A stretch of 64,000 bases of DNA from assembly GCA_013360215.1 (NCBI GenBank), contig JABWCP010000008.1, positions 1 through 64,000 of the forward strand, written 5' to 3'. Numbering within the stretch: position 1 is the stretch's first letter; every line of letters begins with the position of its first letter. This DNA comes from a bacterium. Lineage in GTDB: Bacteria; CLD3; SB21. The notes under the pieces are model-generated. The model saw only the letters and a list, made by a program, of their open reading frames with translations. It did no database searches and was not told the origin of the DNA. This document shows, one piece after another, positions 30,141-40,184 of the stretch. Both the position numbers and the translations under genes were made by a program.

Positions 30141-32552
30141 ATGCTTAATAATTATCTTAAAATTGCTTTTCGCAATCTTATTAAACACAAACTTTACTCC
30201 ACGATCAATATCGTGGGTCTGTCAGTAGGCATCGGCGCTTGTTTGGCCATATTACTCTTTGTAAAGGACGAATTGCGTTATGATCGCCATCACCCGCAGG
30301 CCGATCGGATATACCGTATTACGCGTTCTTGGAATAATCCCAACGGGGAAACCAGCCTTCACCTGGGAAAAATTGCACCGCCGGCGGCTCCGCTGATGAG
30401 AACGGACTTTCCGGAAATAGTCGTAACTCAAATTTTACAGGATTTTCAAACCCGACTGAAGTGCGATAATAAAGTTTTCGTTGAAAGCGGCTTATTCTTC
30501 GCGGATGAATACGCGTTTCCTATTTTCAGTTTCAAGGTTGTCAAAGGAGATATCCAGAACGCACTGAAAAATCCCAATGAGCTATGGATAACCGAAAGTA
30601 TGGCACGCAAGTACTTCGGAGATGCCGACCCTATCGGTAAAATCATCCGTTACGAGGACGACGCCGACCTGAAAGTCGCAGGTATACTTGCCGATCCGCC
30701 CCAGCAAACGCATTTTCACTTTGATTTCCTTGTTTCGTTCAGCACCTATAAAGCTTTTACCCCTCCGGAAAGATTGACCTATTGGGGCTCGAATAACTAT
30801 ATCACGTATGCCTTGTTGCCTGAAGACTTAACGGCTTCGGCGCTGGAAGATAAGCTGGTCGCTTTTGTAGATCGGCATATCCCGCTGAGCAACTCACATT
30901 TTCCAAAACCGAGCATGGGAACTCGCCTGCACGTGCAGAAGATGACCGATATCCATTTATATTCACATCTCGATTCGGAAATCGAACCCAACGGCGATAT
31001 TTTGTATGTCTGGACTTTTTCGATTGTTGCAGTCTTCGTACTGTTGATCGCGTGTATTAATTTTATGAATCTTTCCACGGCGAAAGCATCGGATCGTGCC
31101 ACGGAGGTCGGCGTGCGCAAAGCGATCGGCGCACATCGCGGCGATTTGATCCGTCAGTTTTTGAGCGAATCACTGGTGATCGCCGTCATCGCAATGATAT
31201 TGTCGATCGGTCTTGTGGAACTTTCGCTCCCGTTTTTTTCATCTTTTGTCGGAAAATCCCTCGACCTTTCGTTAGTAGAAGATTATGGAATGCTGTTGTC
31301 GGTGCTGGGTATTTTGCTGGTCACCGGTGTTGTGGCCGGCAGCTACCCGGCTTTTTATTTGTCTTCCTTCGAGGCGGCCAAAGTACTCAAAGACAAACGG
31401 CAGTTTGGTTCCGCCCGATCACGTTTTCGCTCCGTCCTCGTCGTGACCCAGTTTGCAATTTCCATCGCTCTGGTTATCGGTATCGGCATCATCCGTAATC
31501 AGATCGATTACTGCCGCAATGCCGATATGGGATTTGATAAGGATCGCGTCGTGTCGCTTTTTATCGAACAGGAAACCCGCGACAAAATTCCACAAGTCAA
31601 GGCACAACTTCTGCAACTGCCCGGCGTTGAATCCGTTGGGTCATCGAGTCGTATTCCCTCCGGTCGCCTTTTAGATAGTTATAAAATGACCGTGGAGTCG
31701 GAATCTAAAATGAAGGAAATTGATTTTCGCATAGCCGCAGTGCGCGTGGATGAAGACTTCTTTCCGACCTACGGTATGACGATGGCAAGCGGTCGTAATT
31801 TCTCCAGAACGTACGCGACCGACGACACGGCGGCGGTCATGTTCAACGAGGCGGCCGTCAAAGCCATAGGCTGGAAATCCAATGATGAAGCGCTGGGCAA
31901 AATGGTGATCTCGGCCAATCGTACTATGAAAGTAATCGGTATCGTCAAGGACTTCCATTTTGAGTCCATGCACGAAAAAATTTCGCCGATTGTTTTTATT
32001 CCCAATACAGGCAACTATACTCGCCTGTCCATTCGATTGCGCGGAACAGCAATACCGGAAACGATGGATCACATCCGTACACTTTGGGCGGAATACCATC
32101 CGTCACTGCCGTTTGAATATCAATTCATTGATGAAAGTTTTGATCGGTTGTATCGCGCCGAAGAGCGCTTGGGAACCATATTACGCGCCTTTGCCATATT
32201 TGCCACTTTTATCGCCTGCCTTGGACTGATCGGTCTGGCCGCTTATATGGCTGAACGACGTACGAAAGAAATCGGCGTCCGCAAAGTAATGGGGGCGTCG
32301 TCCTGGAGTATAGTCCGGCTCTTGGCTTCTGATTTTGTACGATTGGTGGCGGTGGCCAATCTGCTGGCCTGGCCGCTAGCCTACTATGTCATGAATCAAT
32401 GGCTTGCGACGTTTGAATATCGCACTCCACTTTCGATAGTACCGTTTGCCGTAGCAGGGCTGACGGCCGTCATTATCGCAATCGCCACTGTGAGTTTTCA
32501 AGCCTATCGCGCCGCCAGCGCCAACCCGATACGGTCCCTGAAATACGAATAA
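30141..32552 (+). CDS. ABC permease, double MacB_PCD+FtsX (11/12)
   Basis: RATEVGVRKAIGA; RTKEIGVRKVMGAS; NPIRSLKYE. Confidence 0.93.
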   Translation: MLNNYLKIAFRNLIKHKLYSTINIVGLSVGIGACLAILLFVKDELRYDRHHPQADRIYRITRSWNNPNGETSLHLGKIAPPAAPLMRTDFPEIVVTQILQDFQTRLKCDNKVFVESGLFFADEYAFPIFSFKVVKGDIQNALKNPNELWITESMARKYFGDADPIGKIIRYEDDADLKVAGILADPPQQTHFHFDFLVSFSTYKAFTPPERLTYWGSNNYITYALLPEDLTASALEDKLVAFVDRHIPLSNSHFPKPSMGTRLHVQKMTDIHLYSHLDSEIEPNGDILYVWTFSIVAVFVLLIACINFMNLSTAKASDRATEVGVRKAIGAHRGDLIRQFLSESLVIAVIAMILSIGLVELSLPFFSSFVGKSLDLSLVEDYGMLLSVLGILLVTGVVAGSYPAFYLSSFEAAKVLKDKRQFGSARSRFRSVLVVTQFAISIALVIGIGIIRNQIDYCRNADMGFDKDRVVSLFIEQETRDKIPQVKAQLLQLPGVESVGSSSRIPSGRLLDSYKMTVESESKMKEIDFRIAAVRVDEDFFPTYGMTMASGRNFSRTYATDDTAAVMFNEAAVKAIGWKSNDEALGKMVISANRTMKVIGIVKDFHFESMHEKISPIVFIPNTGNYTRLSIRLRGTAIPETMDHIRTLWAEYHPSLPFEYQFIDESFDRLYRAEERLGTILRAFAIFATFIACLGLIGLAAYMAERRTKEIGVRKVMGASSWSIVRLLASDFVRLVAVANLLAWPLAYYVMNQWLATFEYRTPLSIVPFAVAGLTAVIIAIATVSFQAYRAASANPIRSLKYE

Positions 32553-32576
32553 CATGATTTATATATTCAGGAGTAC

Positions 32577-34991
32577 ATGCGCATGTTGACCAATTATATC
32601 AAAATCGCTTTACGCAATATGCTCAAAGCCAAAGGCTATTCGGCCATCAATATTTTGGGATTGGCCGTCGGTCTGGCGTGTTGCTTATTGATCGTACTTT
32701 TTATCAGCGACGAACTGAGCTACGACACCCATTATGCCAACGGTGATCGTTTGTACCGCGTTTATCTGAACGCTCGCATCAACAACAAAGACTTTGTCAC
32801 GGTAACTACTAATAGCCCTTTGGCGGCCGCTATGATGAAGGAGATCCCTGAAGTCGAAACGGCCGGTCGTCTCTACAGTCCGGGAAATTTTACGATTCGT
32901 TACGGGGAAAAAATCTTTAATGAAGAGCGTATGTATTTTGCCGATCCGACGATGCTGGATATTTTTAGTGTGACCGTTCGCGACGGCGATGTCAAAAATT
33001 TTGACCAACCCAATATGATTATTCTGTCGGAAAGTATGGCCAAAAAATATTTTTCAGACGAAAATCCGATCGGCAAAGTCCTGCGGCTTGACGGCAAAAC
33101 CGATTACAAGGTCATCGCCGTGTATAATGATGTACCCGGCAACGCGCATTTGCATTTTGATTTTTTGGCCAGCCTCACCAACCGTGAGGAGGGGAAAAGT
33201 ACGCAATGGCTAAGCAATAATTTTTCAACGTACACACGATTAAAACCCGGCGCATCCACAACCAGCGTCGAATCCAAGATGCATGAAATGGTCATGCGTT
33301 ATGGCGGGCCTGAGCTAAAACGATACGCTAATAAGACCTTTGAACAGTTTTTTTCGCAAGGCGGCGCCTACGCTTATCATTTGCAGCCGATCCGCGACAT
33401 CCATTTGTATTCCAATCTTGAAAATGAACAAGAACCCGGCGGGGATATTACGTACGTTTATATTTTTTCAGGCATTGCTATTTTTATTTTGCTCGTTGCG
33501 TGTGTCAATTTTATGAATCTTGCCACCGCACGTTCCGCAGGTCGCGCCAAAGAAGTCGGCATTCGCAAAGTACTCGGCTCCGAACGCGGTCAGCTCATAC
33601 GTCTCTTTCTGATCGAATCGCTGGTCATCACGACCTTGGCGATGATCATCGCCGTACTTTTGGCTGAAATGGCACTGCCATTTTTCAACGAACTCTCAGG
33701 CAAATCGCTTGATATCGGAATCGCAACCAATCCCCTGCTTGGTATCGGACTTGCCTTGGCGGTACTTTTAGTCGGTGTGCTGGCCGGCACCTATCCGGCG
33801 TTTTACCTCACGGCTTACCAACCGATCGCCGTACTCAAAGGAGCGATCGCTTCCGGCGTAAAAAATAGCAGACTGCGTGACGTCCTTGTTGTTTTTCAAT
33901 TCTGCGTATCCATCATCCTGATCGCGGGCACGATCATCGTTTACCAACAGCTACAGTATGTACAAAACCGAAATCTGGGTTTCCAAAAAGAACAGATCCT
34001 CGTTATTCATAATGTATGGCAAATGAATAAACAAGGTGATGCCTTCAAACAATCCGTCCTGCGCACACCCGGCGTCGCAAGCGCATCGCTCACCAGTACT
34101 TTACCCGGGCATCCTACCGGCAACAGCGCATTTCAGATCGAAGGCGATGCGTCCAATGAACCGTATCTCCTTTGGCAAGTGCGAACCGATTTCGACTTTC
34201 TTAAAACTATGGGGATTAACATGTCCCAAGGCCGCGATTTTTCGATGGAACATCCTTCGGATTCCTCTGCGATCATTATCAATGAGGCGGCTGTCCGTCT
34301 GATGAATATGCCGCAACCCCTCGGCAAACGTCTGACGCGTTTTAGTTCTCCGCCATACGAAATCGTCGGCGTCACGCAGGATTTCAATTTTCAATCTTTA
34401 CGCAATCCGGTTCGCCCGATTTCGATTTTTATGAATCCTCCGGGTTTTCCGGCACCTTCATTTTTAGCGGTTCGCGTAAAACCGGATCATTTACAGGAAA
34501 CCATACAATCCATCGGTCAGGTGTGGAATCAATTCCAGCCCGGTGAACCGTACGTGTACACCTTCCTCGATGAAGATTTCGGAAACCTGTATCGCACGGA
34601 AGAGCGCGCCGGCACGATCGTAACGACGTTTTCAAGTTTGGCTATATTTATTGCCTGCCTTGGGCTTTTGGGTCTTGCCGCTTTTGCCACCGAACGGCGC
34701 ACTAAAGAAATCGGTATTCGCAAAGTACTCGGCGCATCCGAAGGTCACATCATCGGCATGATCTGCAAAGAATTCGTCTTATTGGTTACCGTCGCTTTGG
34801 TCATCTCCGTGCCGATCGCATACTACGTGATGAATCGCTGGCTGCAGGATTTTGCCTACCGTATTGACATCGGCGCTGATGTATTTATTCTGTCGGGCGT
34901 GATTGCATTGACCGTGGCGCTGCTGACGGTAAGCTATACGGCGATCCGCGCCGCCTTGTCTAACCCCGTAAACGCATTGAAGTATGAATAA
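32577..34991 (+). CDS. ABC permease, double MacB_PCD+FtsX (12/12)
   Basis: RAKEVGIRKVLGS; RTKEIGIRKVLGAS; NPVNALKYE. Confidence 0.93.
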   Translation: MRMLTNYIKIALRNMLKAKGYSAINILGLAVGLACCLLIVLFISDELSYDTHYANGDRLYRVYLNARINNKDFVTVTTNSPLAAAMMKEIPEVETAGRLYSPGNFTIRYGEKIFNEERMYFADPTMLDIFSVTVRDGDVKNFDQPNMIILSESMAKKYFSDENPIGKVLRLDGKTDYKVIAVYNDVPGNAHLHFDFLASLTNREEGKSTQWLSNNFSTYTRLKPGASTTSVESKMHEMVMRYGGPELKRYANKTFEQFFSQGGAYAYHLQPIRDIHLYSNLENEQEPGGDITYVYIFSGIAIFILLVACVNFMNLATARSAGRAKEVGIRKVLGSERGQLIRLFLIESLVITTLAMIIAVLLAEMALPFFNELSGKSLDIGIATNPLLGIGLALAVLLVGVLAGTYPAFYLTAYQPIAVLKGAIASGVKNSRLRDVLVVFQFCVSIILIAGTIIVYQQLQYVQNRNLGFQKEQILVIHNVWQMNKQGDAFKQSVLRTPGVASASLTSTLPGHPTGNSAFQIEGDASNEPYLLWQVRTDFDFLKTMGINMSQGRDFSMEHPSDSSAIIINEAAVRLMNMPQPLGKRLTRFSSPPYEIVGVTQDFNFQSLRNPVRPISIFMNPPGFPAPSFLAVRVKPDHLQETIQSIGQVWNQFQPGEPYVYTFLDEDFGNLYRTEERAGTIVTTFSSLAIFIACLGLLGLAAFATERRTKEIGIRKVLGASEGHIIGMICKEFVLLVTVALVISVPIAYYVMNRWLQDFAYRIDIGADVFILSGVIALTVALLTVSYTAIRAALSNPVNALKYE

Positions 34992-35478
34992 CGTTTCGTC
35001 CATAGAAATACGCGCAATTGAAAATCGCGATAATACGGCTTTAGCATCCATCATACGCACGGTTATGCCGGAGTTTGGCGCCGACGGTCCGGGTTTTGCC
35101 ATACACGATGCCGAAGTCAATGATATGTTCGCCGCTTACACACGCCCGCGCAGCGCTTATTTCGTGGTCGTAGCCGATGGCGTCGTCTCCGGCGGTGGCG
35201 GCATCGCTCCTTTGGCGGGCGGAGATGCGAACGTATGCGAATTAAAAAAAATGTATTTTCTTCCCGGCTTGCGGGGACGCGGCGTCGGACATAAGATCAT
35301 CACGCTTTGTCTGCAAAGCGCCATGGCTTTCGGTTATAAACAATGTTATCTCGAAACATTGACCGGCATGGACGCAGCACAGCATTTGTATAAACAGCAC
35401 GGGTTTCGTTCCATTCCTCAAGCGATGGGACAAACCGGCCACTACAGTTGCGATCGTTTTTATATCAAAGATATTTGA
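34984..35478 (+). CDS. GNAT family N-acetyltransferase
   Basis: CELKKMYFLPGLRGRGVG acetyl-CoA motif A, CYLET, AQHLYKQHGF. Confidence 0.9.
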   Translation: MNNVSSIEIRAIENRDNTALASIIRTVMPEFGADGPGFAIHDAEVNDMFAAYTRPRSAYFVVVADGVVSGGGGIAPLAGGDANVCELKKMYFLPGLRGRGVGHKIITLCLQSAMAFGYKQCYLETLTGMDAAQHLYKQHGFRSIPQAMGQTGHYSCDRFYIKDI

Positions 35479-35510
35479 CCACAATGCCATAAAAACTGAA
35501 AGGATATGCC

Positions 35511-35789
35511 ATGGCTGAAGTCGTTATCCAATTGCCGGAACTCAACTCCAAAGACCGCATCGAAGTCGAATGCCGGATCAACGGAAAAAAACAAGTCCTG
35601 CATTACCGCGTGGAAATTTTTGCTTGGGAGGATTGCAATGAACCCGTAGCGGATCGTGCACTGTGCCTCAAACGATTGGTTGAAAATTACGATCCTAATT
35701 GGCAACTTCAGCAGATCGGCGCTTATACGGATAAAACCGTACAAGTGATGTTCCGCGAAAAGCACACCCCCGGCACTTTAATCCATTGA
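35511..35789 (+). CDS. small soluble hypothetical protein in the ABC operon
   Basis: 92-aa ORF, AAGGA SD, 10 nt before the second ATPase. Confidence 0.8.
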   Translation: MAEVVIQLPELNSKDRIEVECRINGKKQVLHYRVEIFAWEDCNEPVADRALCLKRLVENYDPNWQLQQIGAYTDKTVQVMFREKHTPGTLIH

Positions 35790-35799
35790 TAGAGGTATC

Positions 35800-36462
35800 A
35801 TGATCACGCTGAAAAACATCGAAAAGTATTACGAAAACAAAAGCATCAAAAATTATGTCCTCAGGGATATCAACCTGACCATTCAGCCCGGCGAATTTGT
35901 TTCCATTATGGGGCCGAGCGGTTCCGGCAAATCCACCCTGCTGCATATCCTCGGTATGCTGGACGAACCGACCAAAGGCGAGTATCTTTTTTTGGATCAG
36001 GAAGTGCACCGCATATCCGAACGCCAAAAAACCGAATTGCATAAAAATCACATCGGATTTGTTTTTCAGAGTTACCATCTTATCGACGAACTGACCGTCT
36101 ATGAAAACATCGAAACACCGCTGCTGTACAAAAAAACGAGCGGCTCGGAACGCAAAGCTTTGGTCGCGGATATTTTGGATCGTTTTAATATCGTCGGTAA
36201 AAAGGATCTATTCCCCAGCCAGCTATCCGGCGGTCAACAACAACTTGTCGGCATTGCCCGTGCGGTGATCACCGCACCGAAAGTCATCCTCGCCGACGAA
36301 CCTACGGGCAATCTCAATTCCGCCCAGGGCGAAGAGATCATGCAACTTTTCAAAAAACTCAATCAGGAAGGCACGACGATCATTCAGGTCACCCACTCTG
36401 AAAAAAATGCGGCGTACGGAAATCGTATCATCAATCTTTTAGACGGATTCATTCAGAAATAA
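35800..36462 (+). CDS. second ABC ATP-binding protein (MacB/LolD family)
   Basis: GPSGSGKS, LSGGQQQL, ILADEPTGNLN, VTH. Confidence 0.95.
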   Translation: MITLKNIEKYYENKSIKNYVLRDINLTIQPGEFVSIMGPSGSGKSTLLHILGMLDEPTKGEYLFLDQEVHRISERQKTELHKNHIGFVFQSYHLIDELTVYENIETPLLYKKTSGSERKALVADILDRFNIVGKKDLFPSQLSGGQQQLVGIARAVITAPKVILADEPTGNLNSAQGEEIMQLFKKLNQEGTTIIQVTHSEKNAAYGNRIINLLDGFIQK

Positions 36463-36489
36463 TACTTCGCTGACACATATTCTTATTTT

Positions 36490-37071
36490 ATGTTTTGGAA
36501 AATCAAAGCGCTTCTGTATGCCAGGTTCCGGCATGTATTTCCTTTTGGGTATTTTTTAAATAAAGAGAACGCCGCTTTGATAAAGCTTCTCCAACCGTCG
36601 ATTCGACCCGATGACTATGTACTGGATGCCGGATGCGGCGATGGCAATGCTACGCGAATACTTTTGAAAATACACCCTCAGGTTCGAATCATGGGCATAG
36701 ATCAATCTCCATCCATGGCAAACTATATAGAACATTCCGGACGCACTGAAATTCGAATCGCTTCACTGGATGCCATCGCAGAAGAAAATCATACTTTTGA
36801 TGCCGTGATGTGTATCGGGGTCACCGAGTATATCAACGATATCCCGAGGGTACTGCTTGAAATAAAACGTGTAACCAAACCCGGTGCGCCGATGGTGATA
36901 ACGTTTGCCCCGCCGGTATTTTGGAATTATCTGCGCTTCGGATACGGAAAGACTCTACGTTTAATATCAACGACGGAAGCAACTCACTTTCTTCAAGAAA
37001 ACGGCTGGCTAATCCAATCACAGAGCGCAACTTCGATGCAAATTCAATTTCTTGTACGAAATTCTGTCTGA
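36490..37071 (+). CDS. class I SAM-dependent methyltransferase
   Basis: VLDAGCGDG motif I, GIDQS, FDAV, RVTKPG. Confidence 0.85.
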   Translation: MFWKIKALLYARFRHVFPFGYFLNKENAALIKLLQPSIRPDDYVLDAGCGDGNATRILLKIHPQVRIMGIDQSPSMANYIEHSGRTEIRIASLDAIAEENHTFDAVMCIGVTEYINDIPRVLLEIKRVTKPGAPMVITFAPPVFWNYLRFGYGKTLRLISTTEATHFLQENGWLIQSQSATSMQIQFLVRNSV

Positions 37072-37170
37072 TGAAAATCACTCTTCGCAATGCCGCATAG
37101 AGGAAAAAAAGATAGTCTCAATAAAATCGCCTTGGGCCTTGGTTTCTTAGAAGAACTTATTTCACATCGG

Positions 37171-37657
37171 CTCTCAACTTAGTCATCGCTTAGACGTGCC
37201 GTATCGAAATGAAAAATAAAAACCATTCTCGCAGAGACGCAAAGGTTACAAGGCATTGTTTATACATTCATTTCTTAGCGTCTTAGCGAGAATGTGTTTC
37301 GAATAGACTCTCAACTTAGTTATCGCATAGACGTTCCATATCGAAATGAAAAATAAAAACTATTCTCGCAGAGACGCAAAGGTTACAAGGCATTGTTTAT
37401 ACATTCGAGACGCAAAGGTTACAAGGCATTGTTTATACATTCATTTCTTAGCGTCTTTAGCGAGAAGGTATTTCGAATAGACTCTCAACTTAGTCATCGC
37501 ATAGACATTCCGTATCGAAATGAAAAATAAAAACTATTCTCTCAGAGACGCAAAGGTTACAAGACATTTTTTGTACATTCATTTCTTAGCGTCTTAGCGA
37601 GAACGTATTTCGAATAGACACTCAACTTAGTTATCGCATAGACATGCCGTATCAAAA
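37171..37657. repeat. 137-bp tandem repeat (~3.3 copies) of the palindrome family
   Basis: C(T/A)CTCAACTTAG starts at 37171, 37308, 37482 and ~37619; unit 2 has an internal 36-bp duplication; arms CTCGCAGAGACGCAAAG / CTTAGCGTCTTAGCGAG. Confidence 0.93.
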
Positions 37658-37781
37658 TGGCCAATAAATACAACCAATCGCAATATTTCAAAAAAATATA
37701 TTCAAAACATCGCTTCGACATTAGTGATAATGCTATATTTAAATCGTTCTGTTTTAGATATTTAAATCAAAAAGGCAAATT

Positions 37782-38405
37782 ATGGAAACATCTGATATTG
37801 TTTTATTTTTCACGGCCACGCTATTACTCAATCTTTCACCCGGGCCGGACATGATATACGTCATAGCACGAAGTATTGGACAAGGTAAATTAGCCGGCGT
37901 CGTCTCTTCCCTTGGAATTTTTGCAGGTTGTTTTTTTCATATTATCGCCGCTTCATTGGGTTTAACCGCGCTTTTGGAAACGGTACCATTAGCCTTTGAT
38001 ATCATCAAATACACCGGCAGTGGTTATCTGATCTATTTAGGAATCCGAATTCTAAATGCAGGTCCTCCGGCCGAAGGAGAAACTGTAAGATCCATGCCTT
38101 TATGGGCAATATTCAGGCAAGGAGCGATCACCAATATACTCAATCCGAAAGTAGCTCTTTTTTTCGTAGCGTTTCTGCCACAATTTGTTAATCCGCATGA
38201 TCCGTCGGCGCGTTTTCAGATGGCCTCTTTAGGCTTATTTTTTAATACAAGCGGAACAATCGTCAATATTCTTGTCGCTATTGTATCATCGTATGCGGGG
38301 GTGTGGATCAAACAAAGCCTGAAAAATGCTTCATGGTTCAATCGTTTCACGGGATTGGCCATGATCGTTTTGGGTATTCGCCTGGCCTTACAAAGAAAAA
38401 AATAA
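37782..38405 (+). CDS. LysE/RhtB family translocator
   Basis: SPGPDMIYV, G.YLIYLG, TNILNPKVALFF..FLPQF. Confidence 0.93.
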   Translation: METSDIVLFFTATLLLNLSPGPDMIYVIARSIGQGKLAGVVSSLGIFAGCFFHIIAASLGLTALLETVPLAFDIIKYTGSGYLIYLGIRILNAGPPAEGETVRSMPLWAIFRQGAITNILNPKVALFFVAFLPQFVNPHDPSARFQMASLGLFFNTSGTIVNILVAIVSSYAGVWIKQSLKNASWFNRFTGLAMIVLGIRLALQRKK

Positions 38406-38416
38406 TTCCGGTTACA

Positions 38417-38443
38417 TGTCCGATTTCCGATCCGTCATTCGTC
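38417..38443 (+). promoter_or_regulatory. putative ECF promoter for the YciI-sigma operon
   Basis: TGTCCGA-N16-CGTC, resembling TGTC../CGTC promoters of ECF41/42-type sigmas. Confidence 0.5.
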
Positions 38444-38490
38444 ATTAATATGTAGCACATTAAATTCATACAAACGAAAGGGTACAACGT

Positions 38491-38841
38491 ATGCAATCGT
38501 ACATGATGATTTTCCGCGGTGGCGATGACGCCATGGTCAAAATGTCACCGGATGAGATCCAGCAGCACATGGGCCAGTGGTTTGCTTGGGTGGAAAAACT
38601 GACCAAAGAAGGACGTTATGTCAGCGGCGAACCGCTGGTTATGGAAGGCAAAGTCGTTCGCGCCAAAGGCGTCATCACGGACGGACCTTTTGCCGAAGGG
38701 AAAGAATTGGTCGGCGGTTTTTTTATAGTCAAAGCCAAATCCATCGACGAAGCATGCGACATGGCCAAAGTGTGCCCCAGTTTTCAGTTTGACGGCGCCA
38801 CGGTCGAGATACGCCAGGTTCAGGAAATGGAGCACGCATAA
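38491..38841 (+). CDS. YciI/DGPF family protein
   Basis: ITDGPFAEGKELVGGF motif. Confidence 0.92.
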   Translation: MQSYMMIFRGGDDAMVKMSPDEIQQHMGQWFAWVEKLTKEGRYVSGEPLVMEGKVVRAKGVITDGPFAEGKELVGGFFIVKAKSIDEACDMAKVCPSFQFDGATVEIRQVQEMEHA

Positions 38842-38850
38842 TAACCCAGC

Positions 38851-40125
38851 ATGAGTGTCGGCGAAAATCATCCATCCATAGAGTCTTTGGTAGACCATCT
38901 TTTTCGTAATTCGGCGGGAAAGATGGTCTCCGTTTTGACGCGATTATTCGGCAGTCATAATATCACGTTGGCCGAAGACGTCGTGCAGGATACGCTGCTC
39001 AAGGCGATGCAAATCTGGCCGCGCGCCGGTATTCCGCAAAATCCCGAAGGCTGGCTTATGCAGGTAGCCAAAAACCGTGCGCTGGATCTGATCCGTCGCC
39101 GCAGCCGCGAAATCGAATTACCGGAAGATACCGACCCGCTGTTATCCAGTGCATGGACCCGTGCAACGCGTATGGAATATCTTTTTCTGCCGCACGAAAT
39201 CCGCGACGACCAACTCCGCCTGATGTTTACCTGCTGCCACCCGATGTTGCCACAGGAAAGCCGCATCGCTCTGACGCTCAAAACGCTGTGCGGTCTGGGT
39301 ACCAAAGAAATTGCACGCGCCTTCCTGACATCCGAAGAAACGATTCAAAAACGACTGTACCGCGCCAAACAGCTTTTGCGGGAACATCGTATTCGGTTTG
39401 AAATCCCCGATGACGGGATATCGGAACGCTTTGACTCGGTTTTGCATGTGATCTATCTGCTGTTTAATGAAGGCTATAATACGACCCGCACCGATGCGGT
39501 GATTCGCCAAGATCTGATGGACGAATCAATACGGTTGGGGGAAATGCTTTTACAAAATAATCGCACCAATACCCCCGCCACGCAGGCCTTACTGGCGCTG
39601 ATGTACCTGCACGCCGCACGTACCGATGCGCGTACCGACGCCACCGGCCATATTCTTTTGCTGGCCGAACAAGACCGCCGTTTGTGGAATCAAACAATGA
39701 TTCTCAAAGGCCTGACGCATCTGCACGCCTCGGCACGCGGTACGACGATCACACGGTATCATCTGGAAGCTGGTATCGCCGGTTGCCATGCCACAGCCGA
39801 AAGTTTTGCCGCGACCAATTGGGATCGCATCGTGCAGTTGTATGATCTGCTTTTGCAAACGCAGGATCATCCCGTGATCCGGCTCCAGCGAGGTATCGCA
39901 CTTTGCCAATCCCAATCGCCTCAAACGGCGCTCGCCTGGCTTCAGCAGCAAGGCATTGACGAGGCACTGACCGATTATCCGTATTTGCATGCCACGTACG
40001 CCGAGTTATACAAAGCCCTTGATGACAAACCCTCCGCCCGCAAAGCCTTAACCCGCGCTATCCAATGCCCGATCAGCGAAGCGGAAAAACATTTGCTAAA
40101 CGATCGTTTAGAAAAATTAGTTTAG
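38851..40125 (+). CDS. ECF sigma-70 factor with TPR-like C-terminal extension (ECF42-type)
   Basis: AEDVVQD, WLMQVAKNRALD, DDQLRLMFTCCHP, IYLLFNEGY, LAEQDRRLW, YHLEAGIA; follows YciI. Confidence 0.9.
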   Translation: MSVGENHPSIESLVDHLFRNSAGKMVSVLTRLFGSHNITLAEDVVQDTLLKAMQIWPRAGIPQNPEGWLMQVAKNRALDLIRRRSREIELPEDTDPLLSSAWTRATRMEYLFLPHEIRDDQLRLMFTCCHPMLPQESRIALTLKTLCGLGTKEIARAFLTSEETIQKRLYRAKQLLREHRIRFEIPDDGISERFDSVLHVIYLLFNEGYNTTRTDAVIRQDLMDESIRLGEMLLQNNRTNTPATQALLALMYLHAARTDARTDATGHILLLAEQDRRLWNQTMILKGLTHLHASARGTTITRYHLEAGIAGCHATAESFAATNWDRIVQLYDLLLQTQDHPVIRLQRGIALCQSQSPQTALAWLQQQGIDEALTDYPYLHATYAELYKALDDKPSARKALTRAIQCPISEAEKHLLNDRLEKLV

Positions 40126-40184
40126 TTTAATTTTAGTAAGCGCTCGCGATCAATCCACCATATCATTTCGAAAGAAAAATATCT

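Noticed and set aside
37171-37657. CRISPR array
   Set aside because: Whole ~137-bp units repeat with no unique spacers, and there are no cas genes. The same applies to 1-316, 1633-1982 and 43314-45680.
37657-37854. 65-aa ORF upstream of the LysE gene
   Set aside because: It starts inside the repeat, overlaps LysE out of frame and has no SD or recognisable motif.
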